Source: Fibrobacteria bacterium (lineage in GTDB: Bacteria > Fibrobacterota > Fibrobacteria > UBA11236). From it: a stretch of DNA of 64,000 nucleotides. Numbering within the stretch: position 1 is the stretch's first letter; each line of letters opens with the position of its first letter. A program made the translations under genes and the position numbers. The stretch is from contig JAYTSD010000001.1 of NCBI GenBank assembly GCA_043745805.1, positions 64,001 to 128,000 on the forward strand, given 5' to 3'. The notes beneath the pieces were generated by a model. The model was given only the letters and a program-made list of their open reading frames with translations. It was not told the DNA's origin and ran no database searches. Below, piece after piece: positions 10,050 to 19,438 of the stretch.

Positions 10050-11157
10050 ATGCATGTTTTAAAGCTGGGCTTTTATTTTTTTCTTTTCTTGATGCGGCCA
10101 GCTGTAAAATTTTCCTGGAAATTTGTTGAAGCGGTAATATATGATTTGCGGCTCCAAGAACAATTGCTTCTTTAGGCATTCCAAAAACTATCGAAGACGC
10201 TTCATCTTGTGCAATTGTAGCTGCTCCGGTACGCTGCATTTGCAATAACCCTTGTGCACCATCTTTACCCATTCCTGTAAGTAAAACTCCAATTGCGGTG
10301 TGAGCTGCATACTTTGCAACGGATTGAAATAATTCATCGACGGAAGGCCTATGTCCATTTACTAAAGGACCAGATCCAATATGAACACGATAATTAGGAC
10401 CCGAACGATAAACTTTCATATGATAACTTCCGGGGGCTATTAAGGCGCGACCAGGGACTACAAAGTCTCCATCGGCAGCTTCCTTGACTTCAATATTGCA
10501 CAAATTATTTAGGCGTTCCGCAAAGGATCGAGTAAAATGTTGCGGCATATGTTGCACAACTAATAGTCCTGGAGTATTGGTAGGTAAGGTGGTTAATAAA
10601 CTTTCAATCGCCTGAGTTCCTCCTGTGGAAGCTCCAATGGCAATCATGGAAGCAGAGTTTGCGGAAGAGGAAAAATTATGATTCTCAGAACAGGGAGTTT
10701 GGGCGTTTTTTTCTTTAATAAAAAACTTAACCTGCGCAGCTGATTTTATTTTTTCCCGCAATTCAAAAATCATTTCCTGTTTTGAATAGGATAAATGGGG
10801 TTTGCATAATACTTCTACGGCCCCTATATCCATTGCTTTTAAGGCAGTTTCACCACCAAGCCGACTTAGAGAAGAAACAATAATAACTGGAAGAGGGTAA
10901 TGTTGCATTAGGCATTGTAAAAAATTTAAGCCATTCATACGCGGCATTTCTATATCTAAAGTAAGAACATCGGGTTTGAGCTTTAAAATCAATTCCCTAG
11001 CAATAAAGGGATTCGACGCTACACCAACTACTTCAATATCTGGATCAAGGGCTAATTGTGAAGAGAATACTTCCTGAATAATTGGAGAATCGTCGATGAT
11101 TAAAACTCGAATAAGTTTGTGATTAGTGGGATTCGATTTTAAAAAAGTCTTTTGCAC
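10048..11157 (-). CDS. cheB: Chemotaxis response regulator / protein-glutamate methylesterase CheB (copy 1); start uncertain
   Basis: REC domain (IIDDS, TLDIEMP, LCKP) plus esterase motifs GASTGG, VQHMP, HRPSVD, TGMGKDGA. ORF open to 11205; GTG 11157 chosen because a sigma54 box covers 11170-11185. Confidence 0.93.
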   Translation of the reverse strand: MQKTFLKSNPTNHKLIRVLIIDDSPIIQEVFSSQLALDPDIEVVGVASNPFIARELILKLKPDVLTLDIEMPRMNGLNFLQCLMQHYPLPVIIVSSLSRLGGETALKAMDIGAVEVLCKPHLSYSKQEMIFELREKIKSAAQVKFFIKEKNAQTPCSENHNFSSSANSASMIAIGASTGGTQAIESLLTTLPTNTPGLLVVQHMPQHFTRSFAERLNNLCNIEVKEAADGDFVVPGRALIAPGSYHMKVYRSGPNYRVHIGSGPLVNGHRPSVDELFQSVAKYAAHTAIGVLLTGMGKDGAQGLLQMQRTGAATIAQDEASSIVFGMPKEAIVLGAANHILPLQQISRKILQLAASRKEKNKSPALKHA

Positions 11158-11169
11158 AGAGCTATACAA

Positions 11170-11185
11170 GGCAAATGCCATGCCA
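11170..11185 (-). promoter_or_regulatory. sigma54 -24/-12 promoter for cheB copy 1
   Basis: Minus strand TGGCAT-GGCAT-TTGCC fits TGGCAC-N5-TTGC. Confidence 0.7.
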
Positions 11186-11255
11186 TGATTTAAAAAAAAG
11201 CACAATAGACACTTCTGAAGGTATTTTTGAGGTTACTGTAATGTTTTCGAAAATT

Positions 11256-11366
11256 AAGGGGTGGCTAAATAATCAACCCTTTAGGGCTTGATTCTAATAA
11301 GTCCAAGCTTTTCGGGTAGTTAAAGAAAAATGTGTTTTAGGCACTGATAAAAATTAGGCAGCCTTT
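11256..11366. promoter_or_regulatory. Putative enhancer (paired inverted boxes) upstream of cheB1 promoter
   Basis: aaggggtggctaaat (11256-11270) and aaaaattaggcagcc (11349-11363); 101-bp span as at the other two sigma54 promoters. Confidence 0.6.
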
Positions 11367-12121
11367 TGATCTGAAACCGAATCTGCTTTTTCTCTCTTGG
11401 AAGTTATTGTATTTAGATTTTTGAGATAATCTTCTATTTGCCGTGGAGATGGGGTTACGTCTACTTTGTTGATTTCGCGAGAAGAAAATATGACAAGTAA
11501 AAAGAAAAGAAAAAGTCCAATTACAATTTGCCCTGTAGTGCGACTTTCTACAGCTACACTTGCGCTCGCTTCATCTTGTTTATTTCTTTTCATAGCAAGG
11601 TTTACTGCAACATCAATTTTATTGCGATGTAACTTGTAAAGGGGCTCTATTTTGTTGTTTAAAATTTGTTCCGCAAGAAGTTTGTTTCCAGCTTCGATGG
11701 CAGGTAAAAATTCTTTTTCCATAATTTCCACTAATTGAAATCCAGGAATATAGGAATCGTTTGTTAGCGAGGTTTTGAGTTCATCATCGGGTAAAATTTT
11801 AACCCAAGTATTATGATTGAGCACGTAATCTACTTTCAATTTTTTCGCTTTGTTGAGTAATGTTTCCGTCTCTTGTATGTTACTGCTATGCAACAATTCA
11901 AAAAGGGTGAGGTAGGTTTCAACAAGGTATTCTGGCGGCGGCAGTATGTCCGCGATAACATCTTTGCCTTGCACAATCCGTTTATAATGCGGTCCATTCA
12001 CTCGAACTTCCTGAACGGTGTTGAGGCAATAGAGCCCATAAAGCAAAAAACAAAACAGGTAAATAATGGCCATCAGGGCTATCTTTGTTGTTGAATGGGA
12101 TTGGCGTGTGAAAAGTGCCAT
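11354..12121 (-). CDS. Chemoreceptor-type periplasmic ligand-binding domain protein with 2 TM and no signalling domain
   Basis: TM - VRVNGPHYKRIVQGKDVIADILPPPEYLVE four-helix sensor - TM - about 40-aa tail; RBS gaggt before ATG 12121. Confidence 0.7.
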   Translation of the reverse strand: MALFTRQSHSTTKIALMAIIYLFCFLLYGLYCLNTVQEVRVNGPHYKRIVQGKDVIADILPPPEYLVETYLTLFELLHSSNIQETETLLNKAKKLKVDYVLNHNTWVKILPDDELKTSLTNDSYIPGFQLVEIMEKEFLPAIEAGNKLLAEQILNNKIEPLYKLHRNKIDVAVNLAMKRNKQDEASASVAVESRTTGQIVIGLFLFFLLVIFSSREINKVDVTPSPRQIEDYLKNLNTITSKREKADSVSDQKAA

Positions 12122-12233
12122 GCTTACCTCAATGTATGATAGGTTCAATTATAACTCTTGAATCGCACAATCGCAAAATATTAAAATCTTAAATTGGAAA
12201 AGGCCTTCCTTCATGGACAATCCCTAAAATTCT

Positions 12234-15149
12234 ATGTCTGCAAAAGATAAAGATTTAAAAAATAAACCCAGTTTACCTTGGTGGACATGGGTATTGCCTT
12301 TACTTATCTTCCATTTTGGTACGGGCCTATCTCTTAATTTTCAGATTTCTCAACGCATGTCGCTGTGGTATTTACCTGTCCCTTTGGGATTATTTCTCAT
12401 TCATTGGTGGGGACCACGCGTTCTTTTAGGATTGTATTTAAATGCCTTACTTTGTGCGGGCTACTGGGGTTTTAATCATTGGTGGTTTTGGCCACTTTAT
12501 GCTTTACCCGAAACCCTGAAAGTCGGACTTTCTTGGTTGCTATTTACCAGAATTTTGAAAGGAAAAGTTTGGCTTCCTGATTTATCTAACATGTGGCGTT
12601 TCCTACTCTTTGGCATGATTACTCCATGTTTTCTCGGCAGTGTTTTCGGAGAAGCATTATTTATAGTCTTGGGTGATTTTCATCCCGAACACTGGTGGCA
12701 TGAGGCCTATGTGCAATTTGTGCTCGATATACTTTGCCCATTTGCTATCACTGTGCCGGCGCTCCTATTTGCCACCGCTTACATTGAAAAATTCAAGTTG
12801 TCTATGACACAAGGCGCGTATCCTTGCTCGGCGTTAGTATTATCAGGACGTATTACGCGGTTGATGATGTATGAAGTCATAGCTTTATTTTCAGGATTAC
12901 TAATTTTGAGTCTATGCGTTTCATTAGAAACGTATTGGTTCGTCTACGGTGTATTTTTGATTTGGGGGGCTTTACGTTTTGGTATTGGCGTGGCATCCAT
13001 TGGAACGATATGGACTATTTGTTTGGCAATATTGTTTCCCGCTTTATTATCTAATCATTTTGCATCCTTATGGTTGACTCGATCGGATTTGCTTAAAGTC
13101 AATTTGAATTTGGCAACGCTTTGTTTTGCAGCCTTAGTCGTTGGTCGTGCCTTAAGTGATGTCTTTCAAGAAATCGAAACGCGTAAACAGGCTGAATCCA
13201 GTTTAAAAATTAGCGAAAATAAATATCGACTATTATTTGAATCCGCTTCCGATGCCATTATTTTGGGAGATAAGGGAATAATATTCGATTGTAATAAACG
13301 CGCCTTGGAAATGCTTGGGGCCAAACTTGAAGACATTATTGGTTCACATTCTTCTCGTTTTTTTCAATCACAATTGCCCGATGGTAGCGATGCTGTAACT
13401 GTCATGTCCAAGTTACGGTCGGAAGCCTTGGATGGCCACCCTCAATTTTTCGAATGGAAAGTAAAACGCCTTGATGGCAGCTTGATCAATACGGAAATAA
13501 CCTTTAGAGGCGTGGATTTAGATGGGAAACGTATCATTATGGCCGTAATACACGATATTACGCAAAGAAAAAAGATGGAGCGGGCGGTTTTTGAAAGTGA
13601 ATATCGACATCGTACTTTGTTTGAATCTGCAAATGATGCCATTGTAGTTTCGGAAAATGGTTTGATATTGGATTGTAATCATCGCACCACCGAGCTATTT
13701 GGATTTACCCGTGAGCAAATGATAGGTTTTCCAGCCACTATGGGTTTTCCCGATTTCCAACCTAATGGAGTTCGGACTGCTGACTTAGTTCTCAGCCATC
13801 GTCTTGCGGCATTGGAAGGAACTCCGCAAAGCTATGAACTGTTACAAAAAAAAGCCGACGGTAGCACCTTTGAAACGGAAACTACTTTAGCCCCAGTAAT
13901 TTTAGAAGGGCGGCGTATTATCCAAGTGGTGATTCGCGATATTTCGCAGCGCAAAAAAATAGAAAGGGCTTTGGTGGAAAGCGAAGAGCGCTTTAGGCAA
14001 ATGGCCGAAAATATACAGGAGATTTTTTTCTTATTGGATAAAGCCACTCAAACCATGCTTTATGTCAGTCCGATTGCGGAATCTTTATTAGGTGTCCCTT
14101 TAGAAAATGTGATTAATCGACCTTTGGCAATTGACGAACGCATGCATCCGGAAGATAGGGAACGGGTAGGATTTTTTAAAGATGGGGCTTGGTATAAGCG
14201 TACATTCAATGAAGATTTTCGTTTTATTCGTCCCGACGGAGTAACTCGATGGTTACGGATGCGGACATTCTTGATTCCTGATAATGAAGGCCGTATTTAC
14301 CGTGTAGCAGGTGTGGCAACGGATATAACCGAATATAAAACCGCACAGGAAGAGACGCGCAATCATCAACAAAAGTTAGTGCAGGCCGATAAAATGAACT
14401 CCTTGGGACAAATGGTTTCTGGAGTGGCTCATGAAATCAATAATCCGAATAATTTGATAATGTTGAATGCGGATGTAATGGATACTTTTTGGAAACATTT
14501 ACGCCCTGCGCTTAGAGATTATTTTGCTCGCTATCCCGATTGGAAACTTGCGAATATTCCTTATGACAAAGCGGAAGGTAAATATGAAACTCTCTTGCAG
14601 GGGATTACGGGTGGTGCAAAGCGTATTAAAAATATAGTTGATAATTTAAAAGATTTTGCACGAGTGAATCATGGGGATCTTTCTGAATCAATCGTCATAG
14701 AAAAAGTTATCGCTGCTTCTATAGGGATTGTGGATCATTTAATTAGAAAATCTACGAATCATTTCCAGGTATTGAACGGTGAAAATATTCCTCCGATTTT
14801 AGGTAACTTTCAAAAACTGGAGCAAGTAATTATTAATTTAATTACTAATGCTTGCCAAGCCTTGGCATCGAGTTCCCATGCGATTCGTATTGAGACTTGG
14901 TTTGATAAAGAAAATGAAAGAGTAGGTATTCGCGTGGAAGATGAAGGAATAGGTATACCCGAGAATTTTTTGCGAATGGTTACCGATCCATTCTTTACCA
15001 CGAAACGAGATAGTGGAGGAACGGGTTTAGGGCTATCCGTTTCCTATGGAATTATTCGTGAACATAAAGGTACTTTGGAAATTCAATCCCAAGAAAATCA
15101 TGGAACCAAAGTGGAAATAATGTTACCTGCTAGGAATCCTAAGCTATGA
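12234..15149 (+). CDS. Sensor histidine kinase: MASE1-like membrane domain, 3 PAS, HisKA, HATPase
   Basis: Multi-TM N-terminus, three PAS/PAC repeats, H-box VAHEINNP, N-box NLITNA, DEGIG, PFFTTK, GTGLGL. Confidence 0.93.
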   Translation: MSAKDKDLKNKPSLPWWTWVLPLLIFHFGTGLSLNFQISQRMSLWYLPVPLGLFLIHWWGPRVLLGLYLNALLCAGYWGFNHWWFWPLYALPETLKVGLSWLLFTRILKGKVWLPDLSNMWRFLLFGMITPCFLGSVFGEALFIVLGDFHPEHWWHEAYVQFVLDILCPFAITVPALLFATAYIEKFKLSMTQGAYPCSALVLSGRITRLMMYEVIALFSGLLILSLCVSLETYWFVYGVFLIWGALRFGIGVASIGTIWTICLAILFPALLSNHFASLWLTRSDLLKVNLNLATLCFAALVVGRALSDVFQEIETRKQAESSLKISENKYRLLFESASDAIILGDKGIIFDCNKRALEMLGAKLEDIIGSHSSRFFQSQLPDGSDAVTVMSKLRSEALDGHPQFFEWKVKRLDGSLINTEITFRGVDLDGKRIIMAVIHDITQRKKMERAVFESEYRHRTLFESANDAIVVSENGLILDCNHRTTELFGFTREQMIGFPATMGFPDFQPNGVRTADLVLSHRLAALEGTPQSYELLQKKADGSTFETETTLAPVILEGRRIIQVVIRDISQRKKIERALVESEERFRQMAENIQEIFFLLDKATQTMLYVSPIAESLLGVPLENVINRPLAIDERMHPEDRERVGFFKDGAWYKRTFNEDFRFIRPDGVTRWLRMRTFLIPDNEGRIYRVAGVATDITEYKTAQEETRNHQQKLVQADKMNSLGQMVSGVAHEINNPNNLIMLNADVMDTFWKHLRPALRDYFARYPDWKLANIPYDKAEGKYETLLQGITGGAKRIKNIVDNLKDFARVNHGDLSESIVIEKVIAASIGIVDHLIRKSTNHFQVLNGENIPPILGNFQKLEQVIINLITNACQALASSSHAIRIETWFDKENERVGIRVEDEGIGIPENFLRMVTDPFFTTKRDSGGTGLGLSVSYGIIREHKGTLEIQSQENHGTKVEIMLPARNPKL

Positions 15150-15189
15150 ATTTTTTCTATCCTTTGCATAAGGGGATAAGGTAACTCCT

Positions 15190-16827
15190 ATGTTTCGCCC
15201 AAGTTCTTCTATCGCTTTAATGGTTATTGTAACAATTGTAACAGTTATTACCTTAATATTAAGCTTATTTGGGTTTTCTAATTATAGAGTAAATCAGGAA
15301 AGAGAATGGAAACAGCTTAATCAAGATCTTGCTGCCGAATCAGAACAGGCAGCGGTTTCACTGGCCTTACCCATTTGGAATATAGATAGACCACAAATCG
15401 AAAAAATCTTAGAAAGTGTCATGCTTAATCGTATGGTTTACGGATTGATTTTGGAGCTTGAAGACGAACACCACACGACAATTCTTAGAGATAGGGATGA
15501 GAAATGGAGGGTTCGTATACCAGGACATTCGATTGAACAGGCTGGTTTATTGACGAATTCGAATGCTATTGCGACTGGATCACAACTGCTAGGTCATGTT
15601 ACCGTTTATGGATCGGCAAAGTTTATTGAAACAAATTTGCGAGCCTTTTTGTATTGGACTATTGCCAGTATTTTGTTGTTGGACATAATTCTTTCTTTAG
15701 GATTGTATTTCTTACTTTGGTACTGGGTTTTTCAGCCTTTGAAGAAAATTGAAAGTTACGCTGTAGCCCTTAATCACTCTGGCTCTGCGACGATTGGGAT
15801 TTCGGGAGGTCGATTTTATGGTGAATTAGAAAGTCTGCGATCCCATTTGGAGCAAATGGTGGTTCAATTGAACATGCGTTATCTAGAATTACAGAAAGAA
15901 ACCAAACAGCGAAAATTGACAGAAACGGCCTTGCGGGAAAGCGATAATCGATTTCGGCAAATGGCCGAAAATATTGAGGAAATTTTCTTTTTAATCGATC
16001 AACCCACCGAAGCCTTACTTTATTTAAGTCCTATTTCAATTTCAATTTTAGGTTATTCTCCTGATGAAATTATTCCGCAATGGCAAGATTTTAAAAAATT
16101 CTGGAATACAGAGGATATGCAAAGAATTGGTTTTTATGATCATGGAGCTTGGTATAAAAAAGCCTTCAACGAGGAATTCCGTTGGAATCGTCCCGATTGG
16201 AAACCGGCAAATATTCCTTATGATAAGGCGGAAGAAAAATATGAAACTCTTTTGCAGGGGATTTCGGGCGGGGCCAAACGTATTCAAAATATCGTAGGTA
16301 GTTTGAAAGATTTTGCACGCCTTGACGCAGGTGAAATTTCCGAGCCTATTCTGATAGAAAAGGTTATTGAAGCGGCCATTGGAATAGTCGATCATTTGAT
16401 CAAAAAATCAACTCATCATTTTAAGGTTGAAATTGGCAATAATATTCCTAGAATAAAAGGACGTTTTCAAAAACTAGAACAAGTTATTATTAATCTTATT
16501 ACTAACGCCTGCCAGTCATTGGAATCCCGCGAGAAGTCCATTTCCATTCACGTTTGCTATTCAGAAGATATCAAGAGGGTATGTCTTCGCGTAGAAGATC
16601 AAGGTTGTGGTATTACTGCAAATCTACTCAATAAAGTTACCGATCCTTTTTTTACCACTAAGCGAGATATGGGTGGAACCGGCCTCGGTCTTTCGGTAAC
16701 CTATGGAATTATTAAGGAACATCAAGGAGCCATAGAAATTCAATCCATTGAGCATTTGGGAACAAAGGTGGAAATTTTGCTTCCCATTTACCCAGAAAAA
16801 AATAAGGGGAATAATTATGCACCATGA
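15190..16827 (+). CDS. Histidine-kinase paralogue with in-frame internal deletion removing PAC and the H-box (pseudo-kinase)
   Basis: TM-periplasmic-TM-HAMP-like, partial PAS, then a direct jump RPD|WKPANIPYDK; HATPase boxes intact; no AHEINNP. Confidence 0.85.
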   Translation: MFRPSSSIALMVIVTIVTVITLILSLFGFSNYRVNQEREWKQLNQDLAAESEQAAVSLALPIWNIDRPQIEKILESVMLNRMVYGLILELEDEHHTTILRDRDEKWRVRIPGHSIEQAGLLTNSNAIATGSQLLGHVTVYGSAKFIETNLRAFLYWTIASILLLDIILSLGLYFLLWYWVFQPLKKIESYAVALNHSGSATIGISGGRFYGELESLRSHLEQMVVQLNMRYLELQKETKQRKLTETALRESDNRFRQMAENIEEIFFLIDQPTEALLYLSPISISILGYSPDEIIPQWQDFKKFWNTEDMQRIGFYDHGAWYKKAFNEEFRWNRPDWKPANIPYDKAEEKYETLLQGISGGAKRIQNIVGSLKDFARLDAGEISEPILIEKVIEAAIGIVDHLIKKSTHHFKVEIGNNIPRIKGRFQKLEQVIINLITNACQSLESREKSISIHVCYSEDIKRVCLRVEDQGCGITANLLNKVTDPFFTTKRDMGGTGLGLSVTYGIIKEHQGAIEIQSIEHLGTKVEILLPIYPEKNKGNNYAP

Positions 16828-18262
16828 AATTTCAATACTTATTGTAGACGATGAAGAGGATATTCTTACTTCTGAAGAATTGGTATTACAGATGAATGGC
16901 TATACTAATATTACTACTTGTTCGGATTCGCGAAAAGTGGAAAGTATTCTGAATAAGAATCCGAATAGCCTCGCCATTTTGGATATTACTATGCCGCAAA
17001 TAGACGGTATAGAACTTCTTTCTCGGATTAAACACAATCATCCGCAAGTAACGGTGGTAATGATGACCGGATTAAATGATGTGGAAACAGCGGTTCGCTG
17101 TTTAAAGAATGGGGCTCTTGATTATATCCTTAAACCCTTCGATCAAAATCGGTTTTTGACTTGTGTAAAAAAAGCGTTAGAGCATCATATTGTTTGTGAT
17201 GAATCTATTCGTTTAGCACGCGGTGTACTCGAAGAGAATGTTATAAATCCCAAAAGTTTTTCTGCAATTGTTACTCAGGAAAGACGATTGGTTAATATTT
17301 TTAAATATATCGAAGCCGTAGCGCCAACGGGTTTATCAGTTCTGTTAACAGGGGAAACCGGTGTAGGTAAAGAATTATTTGCTAACGCGGTGCACTTGGC
17401 AAGTGGTCGAACTGGTGAGTTTGTTTGTGTGAATAGTGCTGGGATTGACGACGCCATGTTTAGCGATTCACTTTTTGGCCATGTTTCTGGCGCTTATACA
17501 GGTGCGCAAAAGGGTCGCAAAGGTCTTATTGATCGCGCTAAAAATGGAACCTTATTTCTTGATGAAATAGGAGACATGAAACCGGAAACTCAAGTTAAAC
17601 TATTACGTTTATTACAAGAAGGAACCTTCTACCGCTTAGGTCAAGAGACTGAAGAAAGAACCAATGCTAGGATTGTGGCGGCCACTAATCGTTCCTTAGA
17701 GGAATTACAGAATGATCCCCGTTTCCGAAAAGATTTATTTTATCGCTTAAAAGCGCATCATGTATATATCCCTCCCCTGCGGGAAAGAATGAATGATGTG
17801 CCTTTACTTACCAATAGGTTTTTAGCCCAATGCGCCCAAGAACAAAACAAAGCGAAACCCACTCCCCCTCCAGAACTAGATATTTTACTTTCCAATTATC
17901 ATTTTCCGGGAAATGTACGCGAGTTACGTGGTTTGGTTTACGATGCGGTCAGTAGGCATCAGGGTGGAGTTTTATCCTGTAGCTCTTTTAAAGATGCAAT
18001 CGGAACGAAACATTTAAGTAACGGTAACGTGAATAAAATGATTCCATTTAGTAAAGAAATACTTTTTCCATCCCCACTTCCTTCGGTTCGAGAAATAGAA
18101 AATGCACTTATTCGCGAAGCATTAAAACGAACCGGTGGTAATAAATCCTTAGCTTCGGAAATGATTGGAATGGCCCGCCAAACCTTTAGAACTAGAGTTA
18201 AGGAATTGCAGCCTCCTTGGGAAAATGCTGATAACATGGTAGAAGTAGAGGGAATAGACTAA
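16817..18262 (+). CDS. NtrC-family sigma54-dependent response regulator (REC-AAA+-HTH)
   Basis: IVDDE/LDITMP/ILKP, Walker A GETGVGKE, GAYTGA loop, FLDEIG, RIVAATN, FPGNVREL, C-terminal Fis-type HTH; ATG 16817 follows aagggg. Confidence 0.95.
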   Translation: MHHEISILIVDDEEDILTSEELVLQMNGYTNITTCSDSRKVESILNKNPNSLAILDITMPQIDGIELLSRIKHNHPQVTVVMMTGLNDVETAVRCLKNGALDYILKPFDQNRFLTCVKKALEHHIVCDESIRLARGVLEENVINPKSFSAIVTQERRLVNIFKYIEAVAPTGLSVLLTGETGVGKELFANAVHLASGRTGEFVCVNSAGIDDAMFSDSLFGHVSGAYTGAQKGRKGLIDRAKNGTLFLDEIGDMKPETQVKLLRLLQEGTFYRLGQETEERTNARIVAATNRSLEELQNDPRFRKDLFYRLKAHHVYIPPLRERMNDVPLLTNRFLAQCAQEQNKAKPTPPPELDILLSNYHFPGNVRELRGLVYDAVSRHQGGVLSCSSFKDAIGTKHLSNGNVNKMIPFSKEILFPSPLPSVREIENALIREALKRTGGNKSLASEMIGMARQTFRTRVKELQPPWENADNMVEVEGID

Positions 18263-18301
18263 GTCTCCACACATTTTGAGTTTAAAATAGGGAATAAAGT
18301 C

Positions 18302-18409
18302 GTGGCTAAATTTGGTCAATGACCAATTTTTATAAGCTCATAAATTCAATGGAGGCCCGTCTTATCTAGGGTTTGCTCATTTTACAATAAAAATTAGCCA
18401 CCCTTTTTT
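18302..18409. promoter_or_regulatory. Putative enhancer (paired inverted boxes)
   Basis: gtggctaaatttggtca (18302-18318) and aaaaattagccaccctttttt (18389-18409); GTGG..CCAC span 100 bp. Confidence 0.65.
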
Positions 18410-18496
18410 ACCACACAATTGGAAATATGTTTTTTTGGGAGGCCTTAAAACGAGCTTAAAGGCGATTTTATTCAAATTAATTGCAATAAAGAAAAA

Positions 18497-18512
18497 TGGC
18501 ACAGGGCTTGCA
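18497..18512 (+). promoter_or_regulatory. sigma54 -24/-12 promoter
   Basis: TGGCAC-AGGGC-TTGCA is a perfect consensus, 54 bp before ATG 18566. Confidence 0.88.
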
Positions 18513-18565
18513 TTGTAATCTCCTTGTAAAAGTGTTTCACGACGAATTGTTACTAAGAGGTTATC

Positions 18566-18895
18566 ATGGTAGGTTTGGAATTGACAAGAGAATGTCAGAC
18601 GGAATTTGAAGATGCCATTTTACAAATGGCACAAGAACTTATTCCTATTGCCCAATTAGTTTCTGATTTTCCTGAATGGAGTAAAGCTTTAGCGAAGGGA
18701 TTTTTTGACCTCTCCATTTTATCCCAAAAGGGTGGAGAAAAGAAGATTTATTTTTCTGCAAGAGCATTTTCTCAAATATTAAATCAATTACAAAAATCTC
18801 CGGAAGAAGATATTCCCTTTATCCTAAGTAAAGGAATTGAATTTTTGAATTCCATAATTATTGAAAATAAAATAAACTCCATGAGGAGTTTATAA
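18566..18895 (+). CDS. Small helical hypothetical protein, possibly a degenerate Hpt-like bundle
   Basis: RBS aagagg; 109 aa with a helical pattern; contains no His; translationally coupled to cheW. Confidence 0.7.
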   Translation: MVGLELTRECQTEFEDAILQMAQELIPIAQLVSDFPEWSKALAKGFFDLSILSQKGGEKKIYFSARAFSQILNQLQKSPEEDIPFILSKGIEFLNSIIIENKINSMRSL

Positions 18896-19437
18896 TGGTT
18901 GATTTATTTGGAGAAGAATATTCACCTTCTAGAGGTGCAAAAATGGTAGATGGTAGATATTTCACTTTTCGTTTAGGGGAAGAGATATTTGGAATAAGCA
19001 TACTTAAAGTACAAGAAACCTTAAGTGTTAATACCTTAAAGCAAGTTGCAAATTTACCTAAATATTTTAGTGGCATAACTACTTTAAGAGGACAACCTAT
19101 TCCCGTAATAGATTTACGTTTGAAATTCGGATTGGAAAGTCGCACGGCCAATAACTCTCCCTTTTCCCTAATTGTCGTGCAGCTTTCTACACCCATTATA
19201 TTCGGTAAAAAATCAGAAAGTGCTTTAGCGCTTGCAATTGATGAAGAAACCGACATGGTTAATATATTGAATGGACAAATCGAATTAAAATCCATTCGTG
19301 GTCAAAATCGGAATGGAACTTTACTATTCGGTATTGCGCGTATCCAACAAAAAGTTATTCGCTTATTGAATATTGATCAAATAATAAGCTTAGAAGATTG
19401 GGCAATACTTTTGAATTTGGAAATGGTTACGGAATAA
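18895..19437 (+). CDS. cheW: CheW-like coupling protein (divergent copy)
   Basis: YFTFRLGEEIFGISILKVQE, GITTLRGQPIPVIDLRLKFG, LLNIDQI. Confidence 0.85.
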   Translation: MVDLFGEEYSPSRGAKMVDGRYFTFRLGEEIFGISILKVQETLSVNTLKQVANLPKYFSGITTLRGQPIPVIDLRLKFGLESRTANNSPFSLIVVQLSTPIIFGKKSESALALAIDEETDMVNILNGQIELKSIRGQNRNGTLLFGIARIQQKVIRLLNIDQIISLEDWAILLNLEMVTE

Positions 19438-19438
19438 T

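Noticed and set aside
12105-12121. TGGCAC on the minus strand as a fourth sigma54 promoter
   Set aside because: No TTGC at the -12 position; it is the ATG-GCA-CTT start of the gene.
18858-19295. 145-aa minus-strand ORF
   Set aside because: Antisense to the cheW-like gene.
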